From the IMG/VR virus record IMGVR_UViG_3300050196_000040: a stretch of DNA of 51,673 bases; one strand, written 5' to 3'. Source of the stretch: a virus. This document shows positions 43,064-51,673 of this stretch, piece after piece. Every line of letters starts with the position of its first letter. Position 1 is the first letter of the stretch. A program made the position numbers and the translations under genes. The notes beneath the pieces are model-generated. The model had not been told where the DNA came from and made no database searches. It saw only the letters and a list, made by a program, of their open reading frames with translations.

Positions 43064-43238
43064 AGATGTATGTGAGATTGTACTCATAACACCGGAAAGA
43101 TCACTTACTATATCCACATTAGAGAGTTTTGGATATGATGAAGTGAGAAATATAATTAAAGAATTTACTTTTAATAACCTTGATTTTTCAGAATATCCAC
43201 TAGAAATTAGCTACAAAATAAAATTTAAATATAAATGA
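43041..43238 (+). CDS. Hypothetical protein
   Basis: 65-aa AT-rich ORF bridging the RNR and HslV-like genes. Confidence 0.3.
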   Translation: MVVAVVFKDVCEIVLITPERSLTISTLESFGYDEVRNIIKEFTFNNLDFSEYPLEISYKIKFKYK

Positions 43239-43684
43239 CTACAGTAGTTTGTAACAAAGAAGAAATGGCCTGCGACTTACAAATGACAGTGAGTGGAACT
43301 CAGAAGATGAAGTGTAAAACTAAAATCTTTAAGTTCTCTCCTGACAAAGAGTATTTCCCTGAGCCATTCATTGTGGGGTTTTCTGGTGACGCTTCTGAAA
43401 TCATGGATGTTGTAGACTTCTATGAACACCCAGAGCTTTTCCAAAAGCCTCCACGAGTAAGGGGCCTACATGCTCTAGTGCTTACAGAGAGTGGTAAGAT
43501 ATTCCAGTTTAGTGACCCAAATAAATGGATACTAATGGAAACTAAACACGCTGCTGTAGGTAGTGGAAGTGCTGTAGCTCTTGGAGCTATGCATGTAGGA
43601 GCCTCTCCTAAACAAGCTGTAGAGGCAGCAAGTAAAGTTGACTTACACACAGGTATGGGTGTGAAGATATTGCGTTTCGCGTAG
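43235..43684 (+). CDS. HslV / proteasome beta-like Ntn peptidase
   Basis: MTTVV (Thr2), MACDLQMT, KCKTKIFKF, IVGFSGDAS, AAVGSGSAVALGA track E. coli HslV motif by motif. Confidence 0.6.
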   Translation: MTTVVCNKEEMACDLQMTVSGTQKMKCKTKIFKFSPDKEYFPEPFIVGFSGDASEIMDVVDFYEHPELFQKPPRVRGLHALVLTESGKIFQFSDPNKWILMETKHAAVGSGSAVALGAMHVGASPKQAVEAASKVDLHTGMGVKILRFA

Positions 43685-43691
43685 ACAAAAG

Positions 43692-43725
43692 AAAGCCCCC
43701 TTGGATTGCTCCTTGGGGGCTTTTT
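43692..43725. terminator. Bidirectional intrinsic terminator between the convergent arms
   Basis: AAAGCCCCCttGG attgct CCttGGGGGCTTT followed by TTTTT on the plus strand and a T-rich run on the minus strand. Confidence 0.75.
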
Positions 43726-43730
43726 GCGTT

Positions 43731-44147
43731 CTATGGTTGTAAGAACTGTGCCTTCTCACTATTACGGCGAGAAGTAATTTCAGGTGGAATATGCCACTTA
43801 TCAAACTCTAATGCAGCACCAGCTATGTCAGCTAAGTTGAGCTTCTTGAGTAGAGTGCTTCTTGTGAAAGCACCCACCCCGACATTAAATATAAAACTAC
43901 ACAAAGCGTCAAACTGGTTCTGGGTAAGACCCACTCTTACATTCTGGTTGATAGCATCCTCACATTTGACAATATCTAACTGCAAGGCGGATATAACTTG
44001 GGCATCCGTCCACTGGAGCATAGCAACTACTTCCGGTCCTGTATGACCGACCCCAATTGTCCAAATTCCTTTTGTGTCCTTATAAGCCTTATTACGCTTA
44101 CCTTCCCTCAGCAGAAGCACTGCTAGTCCTCTATCACTCATTTTCAT
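43731..44147 (-). CDS. Endolysin, GH24 lysozyme
   Basis: LLLREGKRNKAYKDTKGIWTIGVGHTG. Confidence 0.9.
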   Translation of the reverse strand: MKMSDRGLAVLLLREGKRNKAYKDTKGIWTIGVGHTGPEVVAMLQWTDAQVISALQLDIVKCEDAINQNVRVGLTQNQFDALCSFIFNVGVGAFTRSTLLKKLNLADIAGAALEFDKWHIPPEITSRRNSEKAQFLQP

Positions 44148-47100
44148 TCTTGTCCTACCTGTCTCATTAGCTTATGTGCAGATGTTATAGAAGAGTTTGC
44201 CGAATCATAAAATAGTTGTGCTGTTTTATGGTTTAATCCACCTTCTTTAGCCATCTTCTGAATAATAGAGTCTAGAGTGTCAGGATTGCCTTGAGCAGCA
44301 ATAAACTTCTTACCAAAATTAGGCGGAAGAACTCCTGTTGTATTAAAAGATTTAACTGCTGAGTCTACAGCAGAATTTTGCATATCTTTATATACTTTGT
44401 CTATGCGAGTATTCTCCCAATCAAGCTCTTTCTGTTTAGCCTCATGTACACCAGTAGCTCCAATAATTTTCCAAAGAATATCAGACTTGTCTCTAGTAAT
44501 AGTTGGTTTTCCGGTAGACTTATTTAGGGCAAGTGTACCATCCGACCCATGTTTACTAAACCACTTCAGGTCTTCAACGCCTCCTATAAGGCCCGGAGAA
44601 ACTTCTCTAGCAAGTAGTTTAGTATTGTATTCACTAGGACTAGTTACAGCATTATATCCTGCCTTAACCACTCCACCTAGCTTGGTAGCACCCGGCATAA
44701 GGGCGTCTGCCATATTCTGTGGAGCAACTCCGCCAGTACCAATTTGGTTGGACATATCCAATCCAATATTAGCAAACATACCATGAGTTACAAAACTAGA
44801 CACATTTGGATTATCAAACAAGACTTTAGTAATTGAAGTAGGGTGCCCCATCTTCTCAGAGATAAGTTTCACCAATTCATTAGCCTCTGTATACCCCATT
44901 GTACCAGTTAGTCCAGCAGACATAAGTTGAGTAAGAAAGGCGACAGCTAGTGGTGCATAAGATTTGTTTCTTGCAATTTCATCAAAGTACATAGCCATAC
45001 GACTATATTCATTATGCTTATAAGAAGAGAGATTGGATGCCGACTTACCTATAGCCCCAAGGCTATTATAAATAGGGGCAGCCTCTGACTTATTATAATT
45101 ATTCATCCCAGCTTCAGTCAAATCATGTGCAATCTCATAAAGACCATCAGACTTTTTAATCCCATTTTCGTGTAGCATCTCAGTCACTCCAAGAAAGAGT
45201 GTTTGCCGTGTCCGCATTTCGATAGGACTGGTTCCTAGTTGAGAAAACTTATCCCAATAATGAGCAACTCCCTTTCCAATCCTGCTATTAGCATCAAACA
45301 AATCAGAGCTATATACATGATTGTCTTTAGCATAGTCTAAGCCTCCTTGTATGTGGTCTGGAAGTTTTTTACCATCTATAGCCGCATAAGCATACATAGC
45401 ACCCTTTGCAAGATAGCTAGCTCCAGTACCCCCATCCCATACTTTGTCTAGGCCGCGCCCCTTAAGGAAAGATGAAATACCAGGCATAACAATTCCCGGC
45501 TGAATCAAGTTAGCAAACAAGAAAGTTGGCTTAAAGAATCCAATCAATAGTCCGTTAACGACTCGCTTAGCATTCATTAAAGCAGCACGACCAACAGACG
45601 GACCAATACCGAGAGCTTTCCCACCTTTAACAAATACATCATCAATTGCTCTACCAAGCTCACTAGGATTATTACCAAGAGCAGTTTGCAAATAGTCAGA
45701 AGACCATTTCTTTGCGTTAGGCATATCTAACCCATTATCAGGATGGAGAAGAGGCTTTAGTGACTCAGTTGCCTTCATCATCTCAGCCCACTTAAACATC
45801 TTTTCTGCATAATCAATTTGAGCTTGCATAGCATCCTTTGCATTATTTTCAGCAGACTCAAATTCTTTTCTACCACGCATACCAAGAATACCTTTTTTAG
45901 CCATAGTGTGGCTTTTGGCATTCATATAATTATGAGCATCAGACGACATTATTTCACTAACATGGTCAGCTAGTAGTTTAATATTAGGATCGTCATTACT
46001 AAGCATTTCAATAATGGCAGAAGACCCATCACGGCTACGCTTACTATCTCCAAAAAACTTTTCCTCACCAATATGGTACTCAGGATGGGCGGCTTTAAGC
46101 TTTTCTGTAAGAGTGTCTAGGTGCCCACGAGAGTCTGCACCAAGTATAGAAACTACAGTTTTTGTGTCTCCATCCATTTTATAGATAATTCTACGGAAAT
46201 CTCCATCAGCCATAGATGCTAGGTAAGACACACGAGGGGAGATGGGTTTATGGCCTGTCTTTTCTAGTGCCTCATTAGTAACATCTAGCACTTTCTTCAT
46301 TACTTCAGTATGTGCTTTCCACCAAGCTATTTGCTTTTCATTAAATCCATGAGAAGCAAGATAGTCTTCAGATAATACTTTTCCTTTAGTCTCAGCAATT
46401 TGCTGTAAAGAAACAATATCAGTTCGCTCTTTTACTGAAAGTTCATTTGCTGCTGGGTAGAGCTTTCCATGAACATACTCAGAAATATTGGCACGACTTT
46501 TATTAGAGGCATCTCGTATTGTTTCACCAACACGTTTAACAAGAGAGTTTCCTGTTTTCATTGCCTGATAAAAAGAGCCTTTAGTAAACTGGTCATTAGC
46601 TAGTCCAGCTATATTTTCTGCATTTTTTGCAATTGATTTAGCTGTGTCAGATAGTCCCCCAGAGTTACGTTTAATAAACCGTTGGACAAAGTTACCCTCT
46701 ACATCTTTAGTATTCTTTTCTTGGGCAAGAAACTCTTCATTAGTACGTTTATCTCGTTGGAGGTCTTTAATGTTTAATACACTAGAAACACCAGGTATTT
46801 TACCTAATGAGTCTCGTTCTTTTTTTTTACCGAAGTCAAATAAAAATCCCCCACCAGCACCCTTCATTCGCCCTGCACGAATTGCTGCCTTAGTAATTGG
46901 ACCTTGTACTTTGGTTGATCTGTCTGGACGACCTACTTGCAAAGAGTCTTGTAGATTATCAAGATGCTCTTGTAGCACCTCTCTACGACGATTAGCATCA
47001 GCTACTGCTTGACGATCTTTACTGTTGGAAGCAATTTCATCAAACATAGCTTTCTTTTGCTTAATCTTGTCTATAGAAGACTGTACCCACTCCCTATCGT

Positions 47101-48559
47101 TTATCTTACTCCAAACTTCTTTATCAGTAAGACGCCTAGCTCCCTCCATGACAGACTCAATAGCAATACGAGCCTTATCCCATGAAATGCGTTCTTCTGA
47201 GGAGAGAGAGAATCTTTGGCCTTTAGAAATCTTATCAGAAGCGGAAGATAGTGAGGTAGGGGCTTGTTCTTGAGGAAAAGACTCTGGAGTAGTTTCCTGT
47301 AGACGCCCACTAGGATTGCTAGAAGTAAGTTCTAGTGGAGTGCCAGGTTCATATGCCACCTTTCCTTGCTGCTCTTTAGCAGCAGCAGCATCGGCTGCTT
47401 CTTTTGCAGCTAGAGACTCATCTGTACGACCCTCTTCCCAAGCCCTATCTCCACCCTGCTCATTAGCTCGTTGGCGATCCAATGATTCTTGAGCAGACAT
47501 ATCCCGAGACAACAGGGTGGAAGCCATATCACGAATACCAGATTTAGGACCAAAATCCTCAGTATTAGGCCCACCTTCAGATGTATCTAATTCCCTAGCA
47601 ATACGTTGAATGGGGGTTTCTTTAGTTAAGTCTCCAGTAGCTCCAGTAACAGAGGCACGTCCCTCAGAGTCTACAGTAATAGGTTTTTGGCCCTGCTTAA
47701 TACGGTCTATTTGTGCCTGTAAATACTTAACTTGGGCCTGTTGTTTATACAGCTCTAGGTTAGGATCAACTTGAGTTTGTGGAGTCTCTTTAGGTGTATC
47801 CAAGTCTGCAACAGCAGCAGCCCTATCAGGCTCATTAGTTGTTTTAACTTTATTTTTACCTAGTACAACTCCCGTTCCGCCCCCAATAAGGCCAGCAACT
47901 AATGCGTCTTCATAAGAGGGAGAAAATTGCTTTTTACTTTTATCTGTGGAACTAAGTTCTCCTATAGCAGTCTTAGTTAAAGCATCTTGTGCAGCATTTG
48001 CAGCAGCACCTGTTGCTCCTCGAACTAATGCTGATCCTTCCTTCCATCCCGGAAGTACCATACCAGCTATATTACCAGCAGCGTCTATAGCTGCTCCGCC
48101 TAGAGCAGTGCCAACTGATTCACCATTCTGTAACAGGTTATAGCCAGTTTCAGCAGAACCTAGGCCTGACGAAACCATTTGCATAGGGAGAGTTGCAGCT
48201 GCACCAGCAAGTTTACCACCTAATCCAATCTCTTGATTATCTGGGTTTGCCCAAGTATTACGAGACTTAATTCTACCTTGTAGGGCTTGATCTGTCTGTA
48301 GTGTTCCTGACTCGTTACCCAACAAACCTTGCCCTGTTCCATACAGGATAGATGCTGTTGTATCCGCAGTATTACCAACACCAGCAAAGGCACTTTTAAT
48401 ACCTGTCATTACCCCAGCTTTACTTTGACTATTCAGTTTATCCTTATGGGGATACATAAGTTTAACTTCATTATCAGAGAGGGCATCCACCCCACCTTGC
48501 TTGTACTTATACAGAGCAGCAACTTCTGCATCCGATAGTGAGTCCACCCAATCTGACAT
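44144..48559 (-). CDS. Giant internal virion / DNA-ejection protein (T7 gp16-like by position)
   Basis: 1471-aa ORF following three low-complexity virion proteins; no catalytic motif recognised. Confidence 0.45.
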   Translation of the reverse strand: MSDWVDSLSDAEVAALYKYKQGGVDALSDNEVKLMYPHKDKLNSQSKAGVMTGIKSAFAGVGNTADTTASILYGTGQGLLGNESGTLQTDQALQGRIKSRNTWANPDNQEIGLGGKLAGAAATLPMQMVSSGLGSAETGYNLLQNGESVGTALGGAAIDAAGNIAGMVLPGWKEGSALVRGATGAAANAAQDALTKTAIGELSSTDKSKKQFSPSYEDALVAGLIGGGTGVVLGKNKVKTTNEPDRAAAVADLDTPKETPQTQVDPNLELYKQQAQVKYLQAQIDRIKQGQKPITVDSEGRASVTGATGDLTKETPIQRIARELDTSEGGPNTEDFGPKSGIRDMASTLLSRDMSAQESLDRQRANEQGGDRAWEEGRTDESLAAKEAADAAAAKEQQGKVAYEPGTPLELTSSNPSGRLQETTPESFPQEQAPTSLSSASDKISKGQRFSLSSEERISWDKARIAIESVMEGARRLTDKEVWSKINDREWVQSSIDKIKQKKAMFDEIASNSKDRQAVADANRRREVLQEHLDNLQDSLQVGRPDRSTKVQGPITKAAIRAGRMKGAGGGFLFDFGKKKERDSLGKIPGVSSVLNIKDLQRDKRTNEEFLAQEKNTKDVEGNFVQRFIKRNSGGLSDTAKSIAKNAENIAGLANDQFTKGSFYQAMKTGNSLVKRVGETIRDASNKSRANISEYVHGKLYPAANELSVKERTDIVSLQQIAETKGKVLSEDYLASHGFNEKQIAWWKAHTEVMKKVLDVTNEALEKTGHKPISPRVSYLASMADGDFRRIIYKMDGDTKTVVSILGADSRGHLDTLTEKLKAAHPEYHIGEEKFFGDSKRSRDGSSAIIEMLSNDDPNIKLLADHVSEIMSSDAHNYMNAKSHTMAKKGILGMRGRKEFESAENNAKDAMQAQIDYAEKMFKWAEMMKATESLKPLLHPDNGLDMPNAKKWSSDYLQTALGNNPSELGRAIDDVFVKGGKALGIGPSVGRAALMNAKRVVNGLLIGFFKPTFLFANLIQPGIVMPGISSFLKGRGLDKVWDGGTGASYLAKGAMYAYAAIDGKKLPDHIQGGLDYAKDNHVYSSDLFDANSRIGKGVAHYWDKFSQLGTSPIEMRTRQTLFLGVTEMLHENGIKKSDGLYEIAHDLTEAGMNNYNKSEAAPIYNSLGAIGKSASNLSSYKHNEYSRMAMYFDEIARNKSYAPLAVAFLTQLMSAGLTGTMGYTEANELVKLISEKMGHPTSITKVLFDNPNVSSFVTHGMFANIGLDMSNQIGTGGVAPQNMADALMPGATKLGGVVKAGYNAVTSPSEYNTKLLAREVSPGLIGGVEDLKWFSKHGSDGTLALNKSTGKPTITRDKSDILWKIIGATGVHEAKQKELDWENTRIDKVYKDMQNSAVDSAVKSFNTTGVLPPNFGKKFIAAQGNPDTLDSIIQKMAKEGGLNHKTAQLFYDSANSSITSAHKLMRQVGQE

Positions 48560-48561
48560 AT

Positions 48562-49485
48562 TTATCCTCCGTTTTTAAGGGCTGCACGCATTTCATCAGG
48601 AGAGAGTTGTTTCTCTTCTTCTGGATGTACAGACTTAAATTTAGTATTTACAAGTTTAATTTCCCCTGTAGTGGGATCAACTTGTGTAGTTAGTTTCTGA
48701 GAAGCTAGGAAGTTACGGCCATCAGCAGTATTAATATCTTGCTCAAACATATGTTTGTAAAAAGCCATTTCTACAGGAGAAAGCGGCTCTTTAGTCATAG
48801 GATTAATACCAGTCTCAGTAATAGCAGCTAGTGTACCTAACCGTTCTGATACCTTCTCTTTAAGAATGTTTTGAGTAAAAGACAGGCCTGCTGCACCTTT
48901 AGGTGCATATCTACCAGCTTCAATAGAAGCATCCATATTATGTGTAGAAGCATCAGCAGTAATCTGTGCACCACCTAAGTGAGCCCTAGTTTGTTCACGC
49001 TGGATTGCCATTGCTTGGTCATCTTTACGCTTTTCTGCAAGCATAGCTGGAAGAGTAGATTGTAGCTTCAATCCCATAGCCTGCTCTTTAGGGTCTTGAG
49101 AACGAAGTAGTCGCTCAATATGCTGGTCTGCTTGTTTAAAGTCATCAGCAGACATTGTAATAGCTTGTTGCCGTAAATCCTCAGAAAGATTAAATCCTTC
49201 ACTGGCTTTAGCACGGGTGGCAGCAATCCCCTCTACAGTATTTTTATATTCTTGCCCTTGGTTAGTTCCTTGAATATGACGCAGCCTTTCAGGATTCATC
49301 AAAGTATCTTGGTCCAATGCTTGCTGACTTTTTTGATTAGCTAGGTCATTTCCTTGAAAAGCTTGTTGACGAAACTGATCGGCAATACTTTGGTTCTGGA
49401 AACCTTGCATGTAGGACATTGGGTTCCATGCTCCATACAGACTGTTTAGGTCTGTTTGTGATGGGAGATTAGCTGAATCCATCAT
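48562..49485 (-). CDS. Internal virion protein
   Basis: 307 aa, Gln-rich and helical; tightly packed. Confidence 0.4.
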   Translation of the reverse strand: MMDSANLPSQTDLNSLYGAWNPMSYMQGFQNQSIADQFRQQAFQGNDLANQKSQQALDQDTLMNPERLRHIQGTNQGQEYKNTVEGIAATRAKASEGFNLSEDLRQQAITMSADDFKQADQHIERLLRSQDPKEQAMGLKLQSTLPAMLAEKRKDDQAMAIQREQTRAHLGGAQITADASTHNMDASIEAGRYAPKGAAGLSFTQNILKEKVSERLGTLAAITETGINPMTKEPLSPVEMAFYKHMFEQDINTADGRNFLASQKLTTQVDPTTGEIKLVNTKFKSVHPEEEKQLSPDEMRAALKNGG

Positions 49486-49487
49486 AT

Positions 49488-50249
49488 TTATTCATCCCAT
49501 TGAGGTTGGTAATACATATTAGAGCTATCTGTAGGAGCACCGGTGGTTTGGTAACTCTGATTAGATAGGCCTGTACTTGGCCCACCATAGGAATAATCTT
49601 CAGCAGTTGGATTTGATCCACTCCAAGGAATATCATATCCCTGACGAGCTTGGAAATTGTCTTGTGTCATCCCACTAGTTGGCCCGGAATTTTCAGGGAA
49701 GTATTGGCTATACAAACCAGCTAAACTATTGTTAGCTTTACTTAACAGCCCGGTCTTATCAGCAACATTAAACAAACTACCAAGTTGTTGAGCACGTACT
49801 TGTTGTTGTCCTACAGAAGCTTGTGTACGAGCAGTGTTTGCTGCTGTAATAGCTTGATTATACTGGTTAGCCATTTGTGCCTGTTGTGCAGCATACTGAC
49901 TACCCTTGTCTGCAAGAGCTGCTTGAAGTTGAACAGCTCTATTTCCATACTGACTGTTTCTTCCAGAAGCTGCATCTTTAGCGGCAAGTGTGGCCTGTAG
50001 TTGTCTAGAGTAGCTACTATCCTGTCCATACATAGAGGCCAACGTAGGCATCTGTTGCATCTGCTGTTGAAGAGCTTGTGCTTGTTGTTGAGCAGCGTCT
50101 GCCGATTGCCCATATGCTTCATTAATAGTATCGCCGCTAGTAAGAGCACCATAAGCACCACCAAGAGCCCCTAAGACCCCATAGTTAGATTGTGTATAGC
50201 CCTTAGACTTAAAGTAGTCTAGCATCTGTTGTTCTGTAATATCTGCCAT
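49488..50249 (-). CDS. Internal virion protein (Q/A/S-rich)
   Basis: 253 aa, low complexity (AQQQAQALQQQMQQ). Confidence 0.4.
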   Translation of the reverse strand: MADITEQQMLDYFKSKGYTQSNYGVLGALGGAYGALTSGDTINEAYGQSADAAQQQAQALQQQMQQMPTLASMYGQDSSYSRQLQATLAAKDAASGRNSQYGNRAVQLQAALADKGSQYAAQQAQMANQYNQAITAANTARTQASVGQQQVRAQQLGSLFNVADKTGLLSKANNSLAGLYSQYFPENSGPTSGMTQDNFQARQGYDIPWSGSNPTAEDYSYGGPSTGLSNQSYQTTGAPTDSSNMYYQPQWDE

Positions 50250-51205
50250 TATTTATTACCCCTTAAATGAGAAATAGTTCTTCCCAATTGACTACCAAAC
50301 ACACCTCCAACAGGACCACCAAGTTGGTTTCCTACATACATTCCAGCAAGACCATACCCCGGAGTAGCAACATTTTTACCCATTGCAGCATCAATTCCTA
50401 ATCCACCTAAGCTAGCCTCCATACCATTCAATCCATTACGCATAGCTGCTCCAGTAAATGCCTGTCCATAGTTTCCTTGTAATGCTTGTCCTGCTGCGCC
50501 AAAATATCCAGGCATAGCACCTAAAACATTACCTGCCGCAGCTTGTAGATTATGGTCTTTTTGATAGCCATTATAGGCACTAAGACCTGCCAATCCTACA
50601 CGTAGAGCACCTGGCATAGCTGCATTTAATGATGCTTGCCCAATTCCACCAATGACATTATTAACCAACCCCATTCTGTCATCTCTCATAGCAGGAGTTT
50701 CTTTATCAAAAGAAAACCCTTGATATATCCCTAACCTATGAGCTAAACTAGGGTCTGACACTCCATAGATATTTGCCATATTAAGGGCATGACCAGCATC
50801 TTCATTTTGTTGATCTGAATTATCAGAAGGAGAGTTTCCATACATACTACCTAACCCACCAGCCCACTGCGTAGCTTGTTGATTAGCAGTCTGCATCGCC
50901 TTAAGATTTTCACCAAACTCTGGATTGTTCTTATCAAACATAGCCGCCAATTGCTTTTGATAATCAACCGAACCAAGGGTATTACCAGAGGGAGACATAT
51001 CTCCTTGATTTCCAGACCACGTACTTGGGTCATTACTATTACCAGACCCGCCATTATTGTAGTTCCAGCTAATATCCCCGTTAGTGTTAGTAGTAACTGT
51101 ACCTAATGTATCACCCCAAGTCCTTGTCCCAGTATTATTAGTAGTATCAGTAGTGTCACCACCATAGCTGGTATTACCTGCACCTTCTCCTTGATTTTCA
51201 CTCAT
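50249..51205 (-). CDS. Internal virion protein (Gly/Asn-rich, glycine-zipper C-terminus)
   Basis: 318 aa; GNxGxxG repeats; ATGA-type coupling. Confidence 0.4.
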   Translation of the reverse strand: MSENQGEGAGNTSYGGDTTDTTNNTGTRTWGDTLGTVTTNTNGDISWNYNNGGSGNSNDPSTWSGNQGDMSPSGNTLGSVDYQKQLAAMFDKNNPEFGENLKAMQTANQQATQWAGGLGSMYGNSPSDNSDQQNEDAGHALNMANIYGVSDPSLAHRLGIYQGFSFDKETPAMRDDRMGLVNNVIGGIGQASLNAAMPGALRVGLAGLSAYNGYQKDHNLQAAAGNVLGAMPGYFGAAGQALQGNYGQAFTGAAMRNGLNGMEASLGGLGIDAAMGKNVATPGYGLAGMYVGNQLGGPVGGVFGSQLGRTISHLRGNK

Positions 51206-51588
51206 ACAAGCGCCACGGATTTAATCGTGCCCCCATCGTTGGCATATAGTTTAAGAGTCCCACCAGAGGTATCTTTATAGATAGCCCATGAACTAGCCGG
51301 AATATCAGTAGTGGTAGGAACACCAGCTTTACTATTTACTTGATAAGTAGCTGTAACACGAGCAGCTTCAGTCAAAGAAAGATGATAAGCCCCATTACCT
51401 AGAATTGAGGTGAGCAATCCATGATTACGATTTACAATATCAGCAATAGAACTACCAGCTTTATTCACTAATGCCCATGAGACAGAGCCAGAGGTAGACA
51501 AAATAGTATATAGTTTGTTGTACCAGTCTGTCCATGCAAAGTCTCCGTTAGCCGCCCTAGTCGGAGGTGGGGGAAGTCCACTAGCCAT
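51202..51588 (-). CDS. Small virion protein with tail-fibre-type N-terminal motif
   Basis: 128 aa; SIADIVNRNHGLLTSILGNGAYHLSLTEA resembles the H..L.G..G..YHL motif of phage fibre proteins; the ATG lies in the terminal repeat. Confidence 0.4.
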   Translation of the reverse strand: MASGLPPPPTRAANGDFAWTDWYNKLYTILSTSGSVSWALVNKAGSSIADIVNRNHGLLTSILGNGAYHLSLTEAARVTATYQVNSKAGVPTTTDIPASSWAIYKDTSGGTLKLYANDGGTIKSVALV

Positions 51589-51673
51589 TATTGAGTTCCT
51601 TTATTAATATCAATCTCGAATCCTTCCAATCTTATTCCATAAGAAGGGTCTGTAAACGAAATTCTAAATGCTC
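51547..51673. repeat. Exact copy of 1..127
   Basis: Identical 127-mer at both window ends. Confidence 0.95.

Noticed and set aside
46164-46213. MADGD and KMDGD motifs in the 1471-aa virion protein as a possible DxDGD metal site of a virion RNA polymerase
   Set aside because: Neither copy has the first Asp of the D-x-D-G-D signature. No other double-psi-barrel or T7-like RNA polymerase motifs were seen.

Overview
The window is a complete, circularly closed dsDNA phage genome. The first 127 nt are identical to the last 127 nt, so the unique length is 51,546 bp. The tail and replication modules look podovirus/T7-like, but I found no phage RNA polymerase, integrase, tRNA or CRISPR array.

The genome has two arms:
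- **Minus-strand morphogenesis and lysis arm** (19239 down to 42, wrapping to 51588 down to 43731). Gene order is small terminase, HNH, large terminase, portal, GroES-like co-chaperonin, scaffold, Endo VII, capsid genes, a GC-rich tail-fibre/depolymerase cassette, holin, gp11/gp12-like tail tube, internal virion proteins including a 1471-aa giant, and a GH24 endolysin.
- **Plus-strand early and DNA-metabolism arm** (about 20.4 to 43.7 kb). It holds about 20 tiny early genes, an amidoligase/peptidase/ATP-grasp cassette, primase, DnaB-like helicase, a family-A DNA polymerase split by an HNH homing endonuclease, SSB-like protein, FEN exonuclease, phosphoesterase, MazG, a probable class II ribonucleotide reductase and an HslV-like Ntn peptidase.

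The arms diverge from a 1.15-kb non-coding control region with near-perfect sigma70-type promoters and AT-rich hairpins. They converge on a bidirectional terminator at about 43.7 kb.

The most notable observations are:
1. The multi-enzyme amidoligase / thiol-peptidase / Ntn-amidotransferase / ATP-grasp cassette at 25.2-32.5 kb. It may be linked to a small acidic protein ending in Glu and to the HslV-like peptidase.
2. A 13-15 bp palindrome, RTTAAA-N3-TTTAAY, present 28 times, 27 of them in the plus arm, both between and inside genes.
3. The 10-mer GGTCGGTCAT, present 7 times and always on the coding strand.
4. A family of long AT hairpins with a conserved C-TTTGTT-G loop at two origin-like loci.

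All functional calls come from motifs read by eye. No database search was run.
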